This document shows, one piece after another, positions 26,139-27,392 of a stretch of 27,392 nt of DNA (position 1 is the first letter of the stretch; every line of letters starts with the position of its first letter). The stretch spans positions 1 to 27,392 of IMG/VR virus record IMGVR_UViG_3300001352_000062. One strand, written 5' to 3'. The notes beneath the pieces were generated by a model, which worked only from the letters and a program-made list of their open reading frames with translations, made no database searches and was not told the origin of the DNA. Source of the DNA: a virus. Its lineage: Duplodnaviria; Caudoviricetes. A program made the translations under genes and the position numbers.

Positions 26139-27215
26139 ATGGCAAAAAAAATATCCAAGTCTCTCTCGGCAGCAGTGTCTGCCGAGATTAAGAGCAAATT
26201 TGACCTTAATAAATTTAAAGCCTCTAAAGGTTTAGACAAAAACGTCAAATTTAAGGAACAAAAATGGATACCATTATCTCCTGCTTTCCAAGAAATTGCT
26301 GGAATACCTGGTATACCAATGGGGCATATTTCATTACTTAGAGGACATTCCGATACAGGTAAAACTACAGCACTATTAGAAGCAGCAGTTTCAGCACAAA
26401 AGATGGGTGTATTACCTGTTTTTATTATTACTGAGATGAAGTGGAATTGGGAACATGCAGCCCAAATGGGACTAGAAGTTAACCTTATTAAAGATAAAGA
26501 TACAGGAGAAATTCTTGACTACGATGGTAATTTTATTTATGTTGATAGAGAAACAGTACACACTATTGAAGATGTAGCTGCCTTTATTATGGATTTACAA
26601 AATGAACAGAAAAAAGGTAATTTACCTTATGATTTAGCGTTCTTTTGGGATTCAATAGGTTCTATTCCTTGTGCAATGTCAGTTGAAAAACTGAAAAATA
26701 ACAATGAATGGAATGCTGGAGCGATGTCAACACAATTTGGTAACACAGTAAACCAAAGTATTGTAATGTCTCGTAAGGAATCGGCTCCATATATCAATAC
26801 CTTATGTTGTATTAATAAAGTTTGGACTGCTAAAGCAGAATCACCTATGGGTCAACCAAAGATGATGAACAAAGGTGGGATGGCTATGTGGTATGACGCA
26901 ACACTTGTAGTTACATTTGGTAATATATCAAATGCTGGAACATCTAAAATTAAAGCAATTAAGGGTGGTAAGCAAGTTGAATGGGGTAAACGTACAAATT
27001 TACAAATTGATAAGAATCACGTTAATGGTATTCAGTCAAGAGGTAAAATCGTTATGACAAACCATGGGTTTATCCAAGATACAGATAAGGATAAAAATAA
27101 CTATAAAAAAGAACATTCAGGTGAATGGTCTAAAATCTTAGGAGGGGGAACTTTCGAAATAGTAGAAGATCAAGAAGATGTAACTCCCGTTCTTTTCGAC
27201 GAACAGGACGTTTAA
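26139..27215 (+). CDS. uvsX: RecA/UvsX-like recombinase
   Basis: GIPMGHISLLRG, Walker A GHSDTGKT, Walker B AFFWDSIGS, GGMAMWY, KNHV. Confidence 0.85.
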   Translation: MAKKISKSLSAAVSAEIKSKFDLNKFKASKGLDKNVKFKEQKWIPLSPAFQEIAGIPGIPMGHISLLRGHSDTGKTTALLEAAVSAQKMGVLPVFIITEMKWNWEHAAQMGLEVNLIKDKDTGEILDYDGNFIYVDRETVHTIEDVAAFIMDLQNEQKKGNLPYDLAFFWDSIGSIPCAMSVEKLKNNNEWNAGAMSTQFGNTVNQSIVMSRKESAPYINTLCCINKVWTAKAESPMGQPKMMNKGGMAMWYDATLVVTFGNISNAGTSKIKAIKGGKQVEWGKRTNLQIDKNHVNGIQSRGKIVMTNHGFIQDTDKDKNNYKKEHSGEWSKILGGGTFEIVEDQEDVTPVLFDEQDV

Positions 27216-27224
27216 ATTAAAATC

Positions 27225-27392
27225 ATGAAACAAAAAGAGTTATTTAAACTCTTGGATACTGTCCAAGAGCAAGGGGAAGATACTCCTCTAAAAAGACACG
27301 ACAGAGTATTAATCTTAGATGGTTTAAATTTATTTTTTAGAAATTTTGCTATGATGAATATGGTTAATCCTGATGGAGTTCATATTGGTGGG
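27225..27392 (+). CDS. 5'-3' exonuclease/RNase H (PolI N-terminal, T4 rnh-like), 3'-truncated; absent from the ORF track
   Basis: MKQKELFKLLDTVQEQGEDTPLKRHDRVLILDGLNLFFRNFAMMNMVNPDGVHIGG, with the L.IDG.NL.FR signature. Confidence 0.8.
   Translation, partial: MKQKELFKLLDTVQEQGEDTPLKRHDRVLILDGLNLFFRNFAMMNMVNPDGVHIGG

Noticed and set aside
1-27392. Stop-codon reassignment (TAG/TGA recoding)
   Set aside because: The standard code gives dense, intact genes, and TAG ends several genes at natural boundaries (14088, 16557, 16823, 23472, 24783).
1-27392. CRISPR array, tRNA, intron/intein, IS element or DGR
   Set aside because: I saw no regularly spaced repeats, cloverleaf, transposase, homing nuclease, reverse transcriptase or TR/VR pair, and the core genes are uninterrupted. 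This is by eye only, without covariance-model searches.

Overview
This is an AT-rich, densely coding window, entirely + strand, from a large tailed dsDNA phage with T4-like (myovirus, contractile tail) morphogenesis genes. The host is probably Bacteroidota, inferred from A-rich leaders without Shine-Dalgarno motifs. Gene order: prohead scaffold (5'-truncated), gp23-like major capsid, a mini fibre-like peptide and a 1352-aa structural protein, neck/head-closure/tail-terminator proteins, sheath, tube, an IR-flanked small membrane-protein gene, tail assembly chaperone, tape measure and baseplate genes. A replication block follows: miniature divergent family-A DNA polymerase, unknown protein, gp32-like SSB, RecA/UvsX and a 3'-truncated 5'-3' exonuclease. 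Four signals are not shown by the ORF track. (1) A probable +1 (or -2) programmed frameshift on a T7 run fuses the gp26-like chaperone to an ATG-less gp51-like frame. (2) A 27-bp inverted repeat brackets the 89-aa membrane-protein gene, whose putative promoter is embedded in the upstream terminator. (3) Two promoter classes are present: AATATTTATA before structural genes (its core is the reverse complement of the T4 late promoter) and TGG-N19-TATATT before non-structural genes. (4) The PolA is minimal with altered motifs. All product calls come from motif recognition and synteny; no database searches were run.
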